NCBI GenBank assembly: GCA_002269645.1
Contig: NIVC01001995.1
Span: forward strand, 151,002-215,001
Direction: 5' to 3'
Length of the DNA: 64,000 nucleotides
Source: Macrostomum lignano
Lineage: Eukaryota
The notes below the pieces were generated by a model. It saw nothing but the letters and a program-made list of their open reading frames with translations. It had not been told where the DNA came from and made no database searches. Shown one piece after another: positions 10,951 through 25,040 of the stretch. The translations under genes and the position numbers were made by a program. The stretch's first letter is position 1. Each line of letters starts with the position of its first letter.

Positions 10951-11745
10951 GCAAAAGCTGAATTAATTAGGACTAAAATTGCACAATTAGATATGTACAA
11001 GACAGAAGGCAACAATTTATCACAATATGGCACACAAATTTTATTGTATTTAAGCTTATGTTAATAACATGATATAATCCATTAAGTTTACGTGATGCAT
11101 TACATGAGCAGCAAGTAGCAATGAGCAGTTTCAGTAGCAGTAGTACAATTATCAATATAGAAATGCGTTTGCAAGTCTGGGCATTCTGCGACAGTCTTAA
11201 CCTATTTCAGTAAGACAACAAATAAAATTCTTAATTTGTCTGTGAATGGGAAGGGTTCTAAATTAAAAAAAACGAGCATTAATTATTAGTAATAGACCAC
11301 TAAGAGTAGATAAACAGAAAGCTTCGTTTAACGAATATTTTCCAAAGGACTCGCCTTTCTGCGCAAACCTTGTGATGGCGCCTGATTGAGCGCTTCATCA
11401 ACAACACACAACAGCAACATCAACAACAAAGCACGGTGTCGCAAATTTCTTAAACGATAACAGTGTCACAGGGCCTTAATTACTAATGTTTATGTGTCTG
11501 CTCCAGATGTTGAAACCAGATGTTCATATCTTGGCCGTGTACTTTCTTGGGAAACGCGGGCCCCTCAAAAAAAGTTCTAAAAAACGCAAAGTGTCCATTC
11601 CATCCACACTTAGCTTCTAGTGGTCCTTGCGATCGGTGCAACAGACAAATTTACACGCAACTGGGGACCAGTTGACAAGACAAAATGCCAGAGAAAATTG
11701 ACCCAATAACAAGAGCGCAACAGGATGTACAGCCCCGACTGGCAA

Positions 11746-14700
11746 CTAAATCGGCTGAGCCGCCCACAACTTGAAGGTCCTGTCAAAGCCGCAGGTGACG
11801 ATAAACCGGCTGTCCGGGGCGATGTCCGCGCACATCAAGCGCGACTCGTGCCCGCTCAGCTGGTGGATTGGAGTCCAGTTCGGGTGGCTCCACAGCCGGG
11901 CGCTGCCGTCGTAGGAGGCGGTTAGCAAGAAATGGGAGATTCCGGCTGCACCAGAGCTGCCTGGCTGGAACAGCACCTGCGGGTGGGGACGGGGAAGACT
12001 GAGGAGCTGGCAGGGCAACAGAGCAACTGAGGATCTGAGAGGCTGGCCCAGCAACTGGGGATCTGGGAGGCTGGCCCAGCAACTGAGAATCTGGGAGGCT
12101 GGCCCAGCAAAAGAGGATCTGGAAGGGTGGACAAGCAACTGAGTAACGAGGATCTGGGAGGCTGGACCAGCAACTGGGGATCTGAGAGGCTGGACCAGCA
12201 ACTGACACTCTGGGAGGCTGGCTCAGCAACTGACACTCTGGGAGGCTGGCCCAGCAACTGAGGATCTGAGAGGCTGACCCAGCAACTGAGGATCTGGGAG
12301 GCTGGCCCAGCAACTGGGGATCTGGGAGGCTGGCCCAGCAACTGGGGATCTGGGAGGCTGACCCAGCAACTGAGGATCTGGGAGGCTGGCCCAGCAACTG
12401 GGGATCTGGGAGGCTGGCCCAGCAACTGAGGATCTGGGAGGCTGACCCAGCAACTGAGGACCTGGGAGGCTGACCCAGCAACTCGGGATCTGGGAGACAG
12501 ACCCAGCAACTGGGGATTTGAAAGGCTGGCCCAGCAACTAGAGATCGGGGAGTGGCCTGTGGCGGTTCAGCTAGAATTTGGGTGAAACATACAAAATCCA
12601 AAAGTCCAACCTTGGAGACGTTGCTGGTATGCGCAGGCACAGTGTACAGGCAGACTTGCTTGCGTAGATCCCACAGCTTGGCCCCATTGTCTTCGGAGCC
12701 CGTCGCCATGTGATGCCCGTTGGGTGCGAACGCCACTGAGAGGACGCTGCGCTGGTGGCCTTCCAGCAGCATCACACAGCGACCGGTGCGGAGGTCCCAG
12801 ACGCGGCCGAAGCTGTCCAGGCCGCCAGTCAGCGCCAGGCTGCCGTCGGGGTGAAATGCGATGTCGTACACCTCCTTGCTGTGGCCCTCCTGGTGCAGGA
12901 TTTCATCGCCGGCCTCGAGATCCCAGAGGCGCCAGGAGTAGTCGAATACGCAGGTGCCCAAGAAGCGGCCGGACGGGTGCCAGGCCAAGCGGCTGACCCT
13001 GGATGGAGCCGCGAAGGGGAGGGGTAATCAATGGAATGAGAGCAGATCCAATCGAAATTGAATGGGTAATGAGACGCGAATAAACAAAATGAGGCGGTAA
13101 TGAACCAGTTGAGGCGGTAATGAACCAGATGAGGCGGTAATGAACCAGATGAGGCAGTGATGAACGAGATGAGGCGGTAATGAACCAGATGAGGCAGTAA
13201 TGAACCAGATGAGGCAGTGATGAACCAGATGAGGCAGTAATGAACCAGATGAGGCGGTAATGAACCAGATGAGATGTCAGCAGCACTAGCCAGCCACAAA
13301 AAGACCCGCACCTATACGGTTCGTGGCCATCCAGCTCAGCATAGGGGGATTCGCTGTCCAAAGACCAGAGCTTCACAGCGCCATCCAGCGAGCTGGACGC
13401 TAGCGCAACCGGGCCAGCCTCAGGCGTGGTGGCCTTCGGATGCCAAGCTACACAGCAGGCGTTGGTTTTGTGGCCGCGCAAAGTGAAGGCCAGCTCGCAC
13501 TCGGGCAGGCGCCAGACCTGACAGAGGCCGGACCAGCTGCTGACAGCCAGCTGGGAGCCATCTGGCGACACCTGGCAGTAGCTGAGCGGCCTCGAATCGC
13601 CAATTTGGCTGGCCTGGATGGCGAAAGAGCGCAGATTGTTCTGCCATTCCAGGTGGCGAGCTTTGCGCACCGAGTCCGGCGTATTGGCGTAGTAGGCTCG
13701 GGCGGCGTCTAGGCGAGCGCGGGCCCTGGGCAGCGAGTACTCAGCCAGCCACAGCCGGCCTGTCTGCAATGTAACGATTGCATGGCAACCAGGTAAGTGG
13801 CTATGGCAACAATCTACCGAAATTTTCGGGTAACTAAAAATTTCACGCTTAGTTTGTAAGTGTACGGTGAGTGGCCGGTTGTAAGTGTACAGTGAGTGGC
13901 CGAAAATGTCCGAATTTCGGCCACTAGTAGTGTAGTTGTTTTCCAGCCGATAGAAGCCGCTTTCGGACAAGTGGCTAAATAAGCGTCTATTAGTGGCCGA
14001 AATTCAAGCACTTCCTGCCGCTTGGCCTTCTCGTTAACTTAAAACCGGCCACCTTTCGTCTAATTTTATCTACTATTTATTTTTAGTGCATGTCAATTGG
14101 ACTTTAAAACTCATAAACGGTCTAATTTTATTAGATTATAGCTCCCAGCGGGCCAATTGCAGCGCACCAATCCAAAACTCAAAATGCGGCAGCGTGTGCA
14201 GAATGAAAATTGTACACTTTTGATTCAACAAAACTGACCTTCAGCGCTTCCGGGCCCTCGTGATACCACACCTCCTTGTTAATGGCCGCACCGCTAGCTG
14301 ACGTCGAGGCTCCAGCTGTTGACGAGGCGGCCTCGGAGTCGCCAGCGGAGTCGGACGCTCCGGCAGGACGCTTGCGAATCGCAGACTCGCCGTGCAGGAC
14401 AATCAGAGTCTTCAGGCGTTCCCGACGATCGGCTGCATCTTCGCCAAATAGGCAGATCGGCTCGCCAAGCTGGCGCAGGTAGGCGCGCACTTCGCGATCG
14501 TCTGTTGACACCTGGATGATGGGCAGGTGGCTGATTGCTTATCTGAGCTACGTGTATACATGCTGCAAATGTATTACTGGGGTTTTAGCCTAGTGGCCAG
14601 AGCGTCAGACTCGCGACTGAAAGGTCGGGAGTTCGATTCCCGATCCCACTGGAACAATATGCGTCCTTGAGCAAGACACTTAACTCTGCATTGCTTCAGT

Positions 14701-17560
14701 TCACCCAGCTGTAAAATGGGTGCCAGCATTAGTTGGGGGTAATTGAGGGTGTGTGGCGACCCCCCCCCCCTGCCTTGGACGGAACGGCCGTACGCAGCCT
14801 TCAGATGCGCCGCGCAATAGCTGCGGCTGAGCTGTCGGTTGCACATCTGCCCCATTAGGGCAGGTGTCATCAATTATGATTATGATTAATATTATCATTA
14901 GAATTACTTTTAACTAACCAACCAGAGAACTGTCACCTAGACGTCACAAGGCAAAGCATATCAGTCATCAAAGGAGAAGATTTTAGACGAACCCCCTTTC
15001 ACTCTCAAACTTTACTCGAATTGCTTGACTAAAAATCAGAAAAAGATATCTGAGAAGCAGTTAAATAATTACAGATATCTGGTTGTTTTCGCTCCAGAGA
15101 GGAACAAAAGATGTACTCAGGAAGCCAGAAATTTCGATTTTTTTCATGACAAATGAGTTTTTCTGCAAACATGTAGGAAATATTAACGCTTTAAGCAATG
15201 GTTTAATTTGCCAGATCAACAAGAGGTCGTGCGGCACGCTACCAAACCTAAAAAACTTTCTCAACAACAACCTACGCCCGACAAACAAGAACTAGATGCA
15301 CTAGTTCAAATAAGGTTTCCCAGTTCAGAAACCAGCACCCAGATGAATGGCAGCGCTTGGAGTGGATGTCTCCTGAACGAATGGGGCGTATTTACACTCC
15401 GACAACAGCAAACGTCTCCAGGTACTTCATCTTCTTCTGACCAATATTTCGCTTCAACATCAGTAGAAGGCACGAGAGGATAAAATTAGAAAAGCAAATC
15501 AATAGTCATACTGTTGTGGCGCGCAGATTGAATATTGAATATTTCCATGTGCATCAGTTGTTGTATCATATTCATGATACATTGTATTCAATTGTCAGCC
15601 ACTTCAAGTATTACGCAACATACATGCGCAACCTCCAAAATTCGGTCGGCCGTGCGACTTAGTTTTAACAAAAATGCGACGTAGTTTTTGGCCAAAAATG
15701 CGACTTACATGAAAAAAACCCGAAAGCAAAATTAACGCAACTTTGGGTAAACGGCAGGAGTAACTATGACTGTCTTATTAAGGCAAAATGCGACGTCAGC
15801 TACTTAATGCTACTTTGGTATTTATTTGGGTGGGCATTTTTGCAACTTACCTTGGTTGGCCGCCAAATCAGTCGTCCATATCGGCCGACTGTTGCGCATG
15901 TATGATTACGCAACATATTTAAGTCAAGCCAATTACTATATACGCACCACGTGCATGATTATTAAACAGTATAAATACGCTCGTATAAAGCAGTTGAGTC
16001 AGTTGAGATTCCAAAATTCTTACTTGCATTAAAAAATCCACGCGTTCAAGACACAAAGTACAACATATACATGTACCAAATGAAAAATCATTGATTTTCT
16101 CGTAGCTCCCCTTGCAACGCAAAACGCAATTCATAACTTATACTCTTTCCTCTTATCTAAGCTGTGGAGAGCTTTATGCTGTTGCAGCCCTAAGCCCTTC
16201 CACAATACGCTGGGCTGGAGGAAAAACTGGCTAACTGCTCGCTCTTAAAACTTCTGCCCACCTCCTCATCTTTCAGAAGCCGTTTCTTCACCCCCCTCCT
16301 CCACAGAAATTTCATTAACTTCTGTCTTAAGATAGCTGTGACTATGAGCAGTACAGGTAATAGTAGGAAAGCTTGAGGGGGTAGTGGAAAAAGAAACACA
16401 GGGTCGAAATCGCTACAGCTGTCTTTAAGTCTTTGAAGGAACCTCACCCGATCCTCATTTACAATACATACGCAGTTCATTTTCGACCAACTGCTTTTTA
16501 TTGCTACAGTTAATAAGCTCAGAACTTTGAGCAATAGTAGCTTCACCACATCATTCATTTAATTCTCTTTACAACCTAATGTTGCATCGCGTCTACTGTA
16601 ATGCACGTATAAAATCTTCAGCATTGTTGCATTGAGATTCATAAATTTGTTTGCGTTTTATCATACAGATACATTCTTCACTCCTCGTTCTCATTCTCAG
16701 AAAGAGAGGAGGAAGTAATTTAAAGTTTTTTGTGTTTTCTATCTAATTAAACAAAACACTTCATCATTTCGTTTGCATGGTGTAGATATACGAGAGCAGA
16801 GAGAAAGAGTGAAAGAGTGCACAACTTGATGTGTTTTCTAAATAAAATCTTAATCGCGCTTTATCACATCATTTCCATCGGGTTGAACAAGGGTTTTAAA
16901 ACTTGAAGTCAAGAACCTTTCGGCAGCTGTCATAATGATTAATTATTGCTCGATGCTGTTGAAACCAGTAAGTTTTGGGTGCCTGATTAATATTTGGAAC
17001 GTTAATTTCTACCAGGGGCAGAACTTTTCCATGCACTGTGTACTCGGATTTGTACAAAAGATGTTTAACGTAGCTTGTGACCTGGTGAGACTACTGAAAA
17101 CTTTTTTTTATTGTAAATTACATTCGAATTTGTTCTATTGTAAATTTGTCCTATTGGTAGACAATTTTGGTAGATAAAGCAAGCGGCCAGATAAAGTAAT
17201 GCTGGAACTAAGTCGAACTACGTCGACCTTGTTATTGTTAGTATTGCCAAAAAACTGTTCTAAAAGCCCCCCCCGATGACAAAAACTCCCAGAAAACCAA
17301 CTCAATATTAACCTACACCTTAAAAAACGTAACAGGATTTTAATACTTATTGAAAATCTCCATTACTAAGAGTTTGCACGCACCTGAATCTGTCTAGTCT
17401 TACGACGCAGCTCAACTAACGCCAGCATTTCTCGCCGGCTCTCGCTCTGCTCCGGCGGCTGCGAGGCGTTGCCTTCAAGCAGGGCGCTGCCTAGGGGCAC
17501 ATCAATTGCGCCAGATTTTATGCTGTCCCGAAGGATGGACATCTGCTGGCCGCTGGACAT
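11746..17560 (-). CDS. PRPF4: U4/U6 snRNP protein Prp4 (PRP4/SFM domain + WD40). Exons 17560-17384, 14511-14239, 13763-13312, 12998-12611, 11976-11746 (~506 aa); true 5' end uncertain
   Basis: Motifs: [10 protein letters not shown]|[33 protein letters not shown]; [10 protein letters not shown]|[14 protein letters not shown]; [10 protein letters not shown]; GHEPYR|[15 protein letters not shown]; [21 protein letters not shown]; DRTFKLW. All four junctions are GT-AG and phase-consistent. Confidence 0.95.
12020..12545. repeat. 28-bp intronic minisatellite (PRPF4 last intron), ~18 copies
   Basis: GCTGGCCCAGCAACTG(G/A)GGATCTGGGAG with period 28 (12301, 12329). Confidence 0.95.
13090..13272. repeat. 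20-bp intronic minisatellite (PRPF4), ~9 copies
   Basis: GAGGC(G/A)GT(A/G)ATGAACCAGAT at 13091, 13111, 13131 and onward. Confidence 0.95.
14578..14900 (+). mobile_element. tRNA-derived SINE, family B, with a CORE-like central domain and (ATT)-rich tail
   Basis: tRNA-like head TAGCCTAGTGG...GAGTTCGATTCC. GTCCTTGAGCAAGACACTTAACTCTG...CTTCAGTTCACCCAGCTGTAAAATGGG resembles the MIR/CORE consensus. A second copy lies at 41661-41957. Confidence 0.85.
15619..15904. mobile_element. MITE family CATACATGCGCAAC, copy 1
   Basis: TIR CATACATGCGCAAC...GTTGCGCATGTATG with a 9-bp flanking duplication ATTACGCAA. Confidence 0.9.
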
Positions 17561-17731
17561 GGCTGCTCTATTGCTGAAAAGTGGGTGCGGAAGACATTTT
17601 TTCCTATTATCACCCGATAAAAAGTCCCTAGGCCAAGCATACTTGCTTCGCCCCAGATTCGTTTCAGATGACATGAGGCTAAACAAGTCTAAAATGACAA
17701 ACTGTAATGGTACAAGTCGCTAAAAAGTGAC

Positions 17732-17994
17732 CATACATGCGCAACCTCCAAAATTCGGTCGGCCGTGCGACTTAGTTTTAACAAAAATGCGACTTACTCG
17801 TAAAAAAACATGTAGCAAAATTAACGCAACTTTGGGTAAACGGCAGAAGTAACTATGACTGTCTTATCAAGCCAAAATGCCTCGTCAGCTACTTAGTACT
17901 ACTACTTCGGTGTTTTTCGGGTGGGCATTTTTGCGACTTCCTTGGTTGACCGCCAAATCGATCGGCCGGATCGGCCGACTGTTGCGCATGTATG
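17732..17994. mobile_element. MITE family CATACATGCGCAAC, copy 2
   Basis: Same TIR and body; 8-bp TSD AAAGTGAC. Confidence 0.9.
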
Positions 17995-19373
17995 AAAGTG
18001 ACCAAAAGAGTCGCCCAAAAGTCACTTTGAAGCATTTTGTTGTCGCGACTCTAGTGACTCTGAGGCGACGGTATCACTTTGAAGCACATTTGCATTGCTA
18101 TGTAGTTCATATTAGAGTCACAACTCTGGCGGTTCTCCAGTCACAAAAAAGCGCTTTGGCTTTAGCCAACACAACAATTCTTGAACGACTTTTTCAGGAC
18201 TGTTTTCTAAATTCTAAAACTCACATGACGCGCCTGACGAAACAGTCGTCTCTCCATCACATAGGATGCATTTAAGACGTTAAAAAGTCACCAAAGTCAC
18301 CCAAAAGTCGCTAGAGTCACTAAAGAGATATTTGCAACAACATTTAGGCGAATCTTGTTGTATTGTCTTTTCAACAGGCTAAAAACAAACTAAGAAATAC
18401 CATTTTCTACAAAAACATCACTGCATCAAAAAATAAACTCAGTTCACTTGTAACAAGGAATTTTAAACAACAAAAGTGACTGATGATTTTGGTGGGCATG
18501 GGCACCACTATCTGGTTCTTATGAGCATTTGAAGCACAGTGCCATTTGTCATCCTGTGTGACCTACTACATTTAGTATGCCACATAAAAAGGATCAAGCT
18601 TGCGCAGCAAATGTTAAAAAATTTAAATATTTTAAATTATAGGATATTTGCATAAATATTTTCTTCTACAATTTTAGTCATCTTCATTCTTGAGCAAAAG
18701 GTTATTTGAAATCTAATAACATTATTAATACTTCAAAAAATATTACATTATGAAATAAAGATTAGAACTCAAACTTAATATAATATATAATATAATATAT
18801 ATATAAGTTTTAAAAACCAAAAGTCAAAATTTAGAATACCAAAATTTAAGTTGGTCATCTTGATGAAAATGGAATCTAGGGCAAATGTTTTGAAGCCACT
18901 TAAATCACCCTACTCCCAGAGTTACTTCAAAGTTTCTACAAATAACATAATCAAAATAGCCTAAAAGAAATGACTTAAGACAACTCTAGGCCACTTGATA
19001 TTAGAAAAACAAACTCTTTATACCAAGTAAAATTCATGCAAAATGCCAAATATTTTATCTTTTTTTGTCAAAAAAATCACAGAAAATTTTTTGTTATAAA
19101 TATATAGGAGAGGAAATGGTAATGGATGGTAATAATTATCTTATGAGCCGTTTAATAAGACTCAAACAATTCAACCTATACATTCTTAGAGCCTTTGAGC
19201 TAGGAGTGAGTTATTCATTTTTGAAGTTGAAGAACCATTTGAAGAAATTACTGAGAAGGAATTAGGAAGCAATCCAAAGAGAGATACTAAGAGTTGCATT
19301 GTGACCCTCTGATCCCAATATTGCCCAGGTTGGAAAAAGTATATATATAATAAAGATTGCTTAGGCTAGAAAA

Positions 19374-19615
19374 TTACTAGAATGCTACTAGAACATTACC
19401 AGAATGCTACCAGAACATTACCAGAATGCTACTAGAACATTACCAGAATGCTATCAAAATATTACTAGAATGCAACCAGAACATTACCAGAATGCTACTA
19501 GAATATTACCAAAACTTTACCAGAATGCTACTAGAACATTACTAGAATGCTACCAAAATATTACCAGAATGCTACAAGAACCAAAAATAAAGTTACCAGA
19601 ACAGCTACCAGAAAT
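19374..19615. repeat. 22-bp (11-bp subunit) minisatellite
   Basis: ATTACCAGAATGCTACTAGAAC repeated about 11 times, degenerate. Confidence 0.85.
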
Positions 19616-21019
19616 GCACTATAATTAAATCAAAGGCATTCTAAGAAACACATATGTAGGCTTATAATTACTATTTAGAGACCTGTTACAAATTGGTGGC
19701 TTAATTGTGGGATTAAATTCAATAGGCAGAAATAAGTCCTGCAACGTTTAATATGTTTAATGCAAAAAAACTTAAAATCTCAATAAAAACTTGAATTATT
19801 ATCTTATCTAATCATAAATATGTTGTGTCTCAACCTAATGGCCGCTGGACAGGTCAGGGTTCGGATCCTCCTGCCTAAGACACCCCGGTCCCAGCCCTCT
19901 ACCCCGGCTACTCCTACGCACCCTTCACTCGGCTTGGCGAGAGTTCGCCAGACCGATCACCCTGGTATCAGTGAGAGTTCACTGGCCCCAGGTCCCTACA
20001 GATCCTAGCCCCACCCGGCAACCTAGGAGAAGAAAGCACGCGCTCATCTCTGCATTACAGACTTATTTGCGAAGCATTTATTGGCGAAGCATTTATTGGC
20101 ACAAAGCAGAATAATCAGCGATTGTGGGAGTCACAAGTTATTAGCTTGCAGAGAGCAAGTTTGCAGAGGGACGCCGATGGATGGATGGGATAGAATATAA
20201 ACAAAAAAGAAAGAAAGAAATGTGGAGTGCAGCACGCTCAGGGCTAGCCCTTAAATAATATAACACAAAAAAGGGGGAAGGGGTGGGGCAGAATGGAGAG
20301 GGCAAGCCAAACCCTGGGGCCCAGCCAGCTTATCAGCCAGCCAGCCAATATGAGCAGCCCCAGGGTAAGGCGGGCAAAGAGGGAGGGGGTAGGGTCAGCA
20401 TCAGTACCCAGATTGGACAGAAGTTGGGCCGGGGGCTGGGTGCAGAAAGGGGTAGGCTAGGGTTAAGGCTTATGCCTCTCACAAACCCTGGCACGGGCGC
20501 GAGACAGGGGACAGGGCGGGGTGGCAAGAAAACTGAAAACACAATCACTAGAAGGGCGCAGCCCAACAATATATTAATAATATCTAATCTTTAGCTTTTA
20601 CTTAAGCTAAATACTTAAAATAGGCCTAGTTATTTTACTTTTTATTATCACTCATAAGAAAGTCTTTATTTGCTTTAATATTAATAATAATATGAAGAAA
20701 TAAATGATATTACCAAGATTTATAGTCATGGAAACTCTGGCTCATCTGTGTGTGACAATGATAGCTAGACAATTAAGATTTAGAATGACTAAAAGCTTTA
20801 AGACAAAGACTTAAAGACTTAGAAACAAATACTTAAAAACTCAAAAGTTAAGAAGATAAAAAGGTTTTTTTGAAAAATAGACCATTTTTCTCGTGTACTT
20901 AGGTAGGATATTTGGCACAAAATGAGAAATGAGGGTCATTGGCATTGGGTGCCATTGGCATTGGGTGCAATACTAATAGAGGGTTTAGATTCCTTCGCTT
21001 CTAGACTATAGGCTTAATA

Positions 21020-23100
21020 GGTAGCAAGTCAATTTGCCAAAAGTTGATTTGCCAAAAGTAGGTTGTTTTGCTAAAGGTTGTTTTGCCAAACAAACAAACA
21101 ATGAACAAATAAATAAAATGAACAAATAAAGAAATTAAATGTTAAATGCTAGATATAAAATGATAAAATCAATTGATGACCCTATCTATGAATAAATAAA
21201 TAAGGTAAAATGTAGAATGTTAAATATTAATATATAAAACCACTTGTTTTATAAATAAAGTGGTAAAATACATGCACATTGTGGCTTACAAAACAGTAGC
21301 CTGAAATTATAGAGTTTGCTGCATAGTAAGCCTATCTCAATTCATTATTCATAATTCATAAAATATAAAGTAATAGTTTTATATTATTGTATTGCTTGTT
21401 TATCTGAAAATGTCTTTCTCAAGAAGGAAAAGTGTCTTACAATATATGTTGGCTCAACTGTTATATAGCATGCATATGTGGCAGTTGTAATACAAAAAAT
21501 TATTCTCCCCATATTTCAATATATAAAAATGAAACACTGTGTATCTGTGTGTGTGTGTGTCTATGTATATATTCGCTATGGACTCTTAAATGGTAAGTCG
21601 TAAAAAGATGGGACTTAAACTAATAGACACAAATTTTTACGGGGAATGCTTTAGGCTAATAAAAATAGGGGTCCTAACTAAAGAAATGGCTAAAAATGGC
21701 CTAACACCTGTTTTTTCCTCTCAGTAATGTATTTTTGCTTGCAGAGACTAAAAGCTATGTTTATAGTCGATTTCTCTCTGGCTGAGGCTAAGAAAACAAG
21801 CTACACATACATAGAGTGCTAACATTAAATAGCATTTACCACTGCTTTATTAATGCACATTTTAAGTTTGAAGTTAGCTTTTTTCCTTAAGACTATACTC
21901 ATAGGCCTAGACAACAATTGATATGGAATAAAGTTCTTGATAGTTTAGCTTTTATGCTTCCCAAAAAGGGCACTCTTAGAAAGATATTAGCAGTTGCTAG
22001 AAGGCTTAGACAGGCAAGAGATAATGAATCAAAAGAAGCAAGAGAGCAGTGGCAAGCTGCTAACAGAGCTTGCTCAAATGTCAGCTACTTGAAATTTAGA
22101 AACGACAGTGCAGAGAGAACAAAGACTAGCTGCTAACAGAGCTCAAATGTTAGCTGCTCAAAATTAACAAATGATAGCATAGAGAGAACAAAGACCAACT
22201 GTTAACAGAGCTCAAATGTCAGCTGCTCAAAATGAAGAAACAACAGCATCAGAGAGAACAAAGACTAGGCCTAGCTACTAACAGAGCTCAAATGTCAACT
22301 GCTCAAAATGAATAAATAATAGCACAGAGAGAACAAAGACAAGCTGCTAACAGTAAAAGAACATCTTAAGCATCTTAAGCAAGGGATACAGAACTACCAG
22401 AAGAATGGCTAGTAAGGCAAAAAGCAAATAGAGAAAGAACTTTGGCCACAAGGCAAAATGCACCTCCTGATCAGATAGACAGGCAGTGTCTCAAAGACCA
22501 TAAGAGAGAAGAAAGAGGAGAGAATAAGGAAGAGTAGAAAGGAGAGAGGAGTGATTGAAAAGTGGAGATGGTTGAGAAGAGTGAGGAGAGGAGAAAAGTT
22601 TTAAAGGCCTCAAATCTTAATTTAATACTATATTTATTCCAATTCTATTTACCTCTATCCCCACTACTTATAAGTGTTCATTTGAGTATGACTTTAGGTA
22701 TGCAAAAACAGTTCCAGGGATTGGAATTCAGTGGGTTAAAATTCACTTAAAAATCTGTGGGTTTTAACAACTCATTTTTGATAAAAATTAAAAGAATTGT
22801 GCTAGCAGGAAATTTTCTATAGTTGATAATCAAAAAAAAATTATTGGCAATGACAAAAAAATCAAACTCACAACCTTATGTACATGACCCCAAATATCAC
22901 ACCATGATACCAGAAAAAAATTGTTAGCACTAGGCCTAGGCCTATAGCTAATATTTCTATTTAAATTAGTATTTGGTAGATACATCAGTTTCCAAAACAG
23001 GTTTTTGGCAAATCAACTTTCAGCTAGGCCCTAAAATGTATTTGGTGAATCAACTTTTGGCAAAAAGGTTTTTGGCAAATCATCTAGTATTTGGCTTAAT
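21020..23100. mobile_element. Possible degenerate foldback element with TTTTGCCAAA subterminal motifs
   Basis: GCCAAAAGTTGATT-type motif clusters at 21030-21090 and inverted clusters at 22990-23090. Ends and TSD are not resolved. Confidence 0.3.
22050..22355. repeat. ~70-bp degenerate tandem repeat, ~5 copies
   Basis: Recurring GAGAGAACAAAGAC...GCTAACAGAGCTCAAATGTCAGCTGCTCAAAAT. Confidence 0.75.
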
Positions 23101-25040
23101 AGATAATAGGCAACAACATAAAATCCTAGGGCCTACCAAAGATGTATTGAATGGTGAATACTTTAATAAATGTAACATAAAAAGGTTGGTCTAGTCTAGG
23201 CCTACATAACATGAGCCATAGTATATGAATATATACCTTTCCTTATGACTACACTAGGCCTAGTCCACATTACCTAGTCTAGAATCATAGGATTCATAGA
23301 TGTAGAGGCCTAGCTATGCCCTAAATGTATAGGCGCAACGACTATTTGTCTGTGTTTCAATTCCAATGATTAGGCCTATTAATGACATGATATTCGATCA
23401 AAATAAAAATTTTTATTTTCCATTTAAACTAAATTTACATACACAATTTCAGGCCTATTACATCGCATCGGCGTCATTCATCGCATCGGTCGACAATCGA
23501 CATGCTCCATCAATGCAAAATCGAAATCGAATGGATGATGAATTCACGCTTGGGCGATTCTCATCGTAGTAGTAGTAGTAGTAGTAAATTTGGCTTAGGC
23601 AAGGAGCCTGTTTTGCCAGTATTATACGATGTATTTAGTATTTGTTCACAAGGTTATATATTTTTACACGATCGCTGAAAACGAGTTACGATATTTGTAT
23701 AAGTAAGGTATTTGAAAGAGCGTCTGGAATTTTTTTACGGTTTTTTTTTCAGCCGACTAACCACTAACGACAGAACGACAAGATTCTTTCGAAAGAGTTT
23801 GAAATGGAAATCGAAAATTGAAATTTTCCGTAGTTTATTCGTTTAAATCGAAATAAACTCGAATGCAAGATGTAATGAGACTATAGGACTAATAAGAGGA
23901 CAAATATTGTCGCCAATCATTTGCATTTTTATTTATATACTGCGCTAGATACAATTAAAGACAGTTAAAAATAGACAGAAAAATATTTTTCTTAGAAAAA
24001 TGGTTTTGACTCGAGAGAGGATCTTGTGGTAGGCGAGGCCTCCCACTACCCCCCACTGAATGTAACCTTATTTTCCACGGTGTGGAGGATTTTACTCAGT
24101 GGATTCCGAACATTGACGTCACTTTCCCTGCGCGGAAAGCGTTTCACGCAAATGTAATTTTCCTTCCCACCCCCTGGCTAATTTGTTTTACTGCGTTTTC
24201 CATAGGGTCCACCCGGTGTTTAGTCGTCACCACCCGGTGTACCCTCCCCTCTCCCCACCGTGTGTCTTTTTGGTCCCACCCGGGGTAACCCGCTTCCGCC
24301 CGGTGGTTCCTATAAGAACCTAATTTAAGAGTCTGCGCCCCGCCTTTCCAGCCAGACTCTCGTGTCCTTTGCCCGAACTCCAAGGAATCCCGCCGACCCG
24401 ACTCAGACCACTACTACGAGAGGTTCCTAAGAACCTCTCTAAAGTGTGGTCTAAAGATACATTAGACCCCCCTATCTTGCAGTAAGCCCAGTATCCCGAC
24501 CCGACCAGCTCCTCGTCCACGGCCAATTTAAGTCTAATTTTAAGAGAATTGTTTTGTTATACTTAATCTTGCTACTTAACTTAGTGCCGCCTAATAATAA
24601 TAATTACCCAGTTTTCGGCCAAATATTTATACCGGCCCATTTAGTTCTGTGTGTGAAACGGTGTCTTAGCTTCGTGACCTCGGAAGCACTTTATTTGACC
24701 CTTAGAGGTCTATCGAGAAGCGCTAGAGCAAACTCGAGCTAGTTTTCCAGCTTTAGAGCTTTTCCCGCGTAAAATCGCGGTGGTGGCAGCGACCTACTAC
24801 TATTAGTAACACACTCGTGAAATTTTAGTTTATTTTGAAGTGCCCCTCATCGGCTACAAATCTCTGCATTCGGCCTTCTGAACGTCGGCATACTAGACCG
24901 CTCAGCCGCGACCACAGCTACTCTCCCCCAGAGCCTGAGGAACTCAGCAGCGGAGCTCCCCGTCATCTACAAGCCGAAATCTTCGTTAAGTTTGTTTGAA
25001 ACGACAAAGCGCTCCGATTCGAACGGACGAGAACGAACGA

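Noticed and set aside
11783-12610. Pro/Ser/Gln-rich C-terminal extension of PRPF4 in the 401-aa ORF
   Set aside because: It is read-through into the 28-bp intronic array. Splicing 12611 to 11976 restores the conserved WD40 repeat.
14578-14655. Functional tRNA gene (also at 41880-41957 and 355-430)
   Set aside because: The acceptor stems do not pair properly, the anticodon differs between copies, and each head continues into a shared SINE body.
15083-16558. Short ORFs inside the large PRPF4 intron
   Set aside because: No recognisable motifs or consistent splice structure.
24781-24791. TGGTGGCAGCG as a tRNA-Leu primer-binding site
   Set aside because: It is only 11 nt, is not preceded by an LTR-ending CA, and no paired LTR or retroviral ORF was found.
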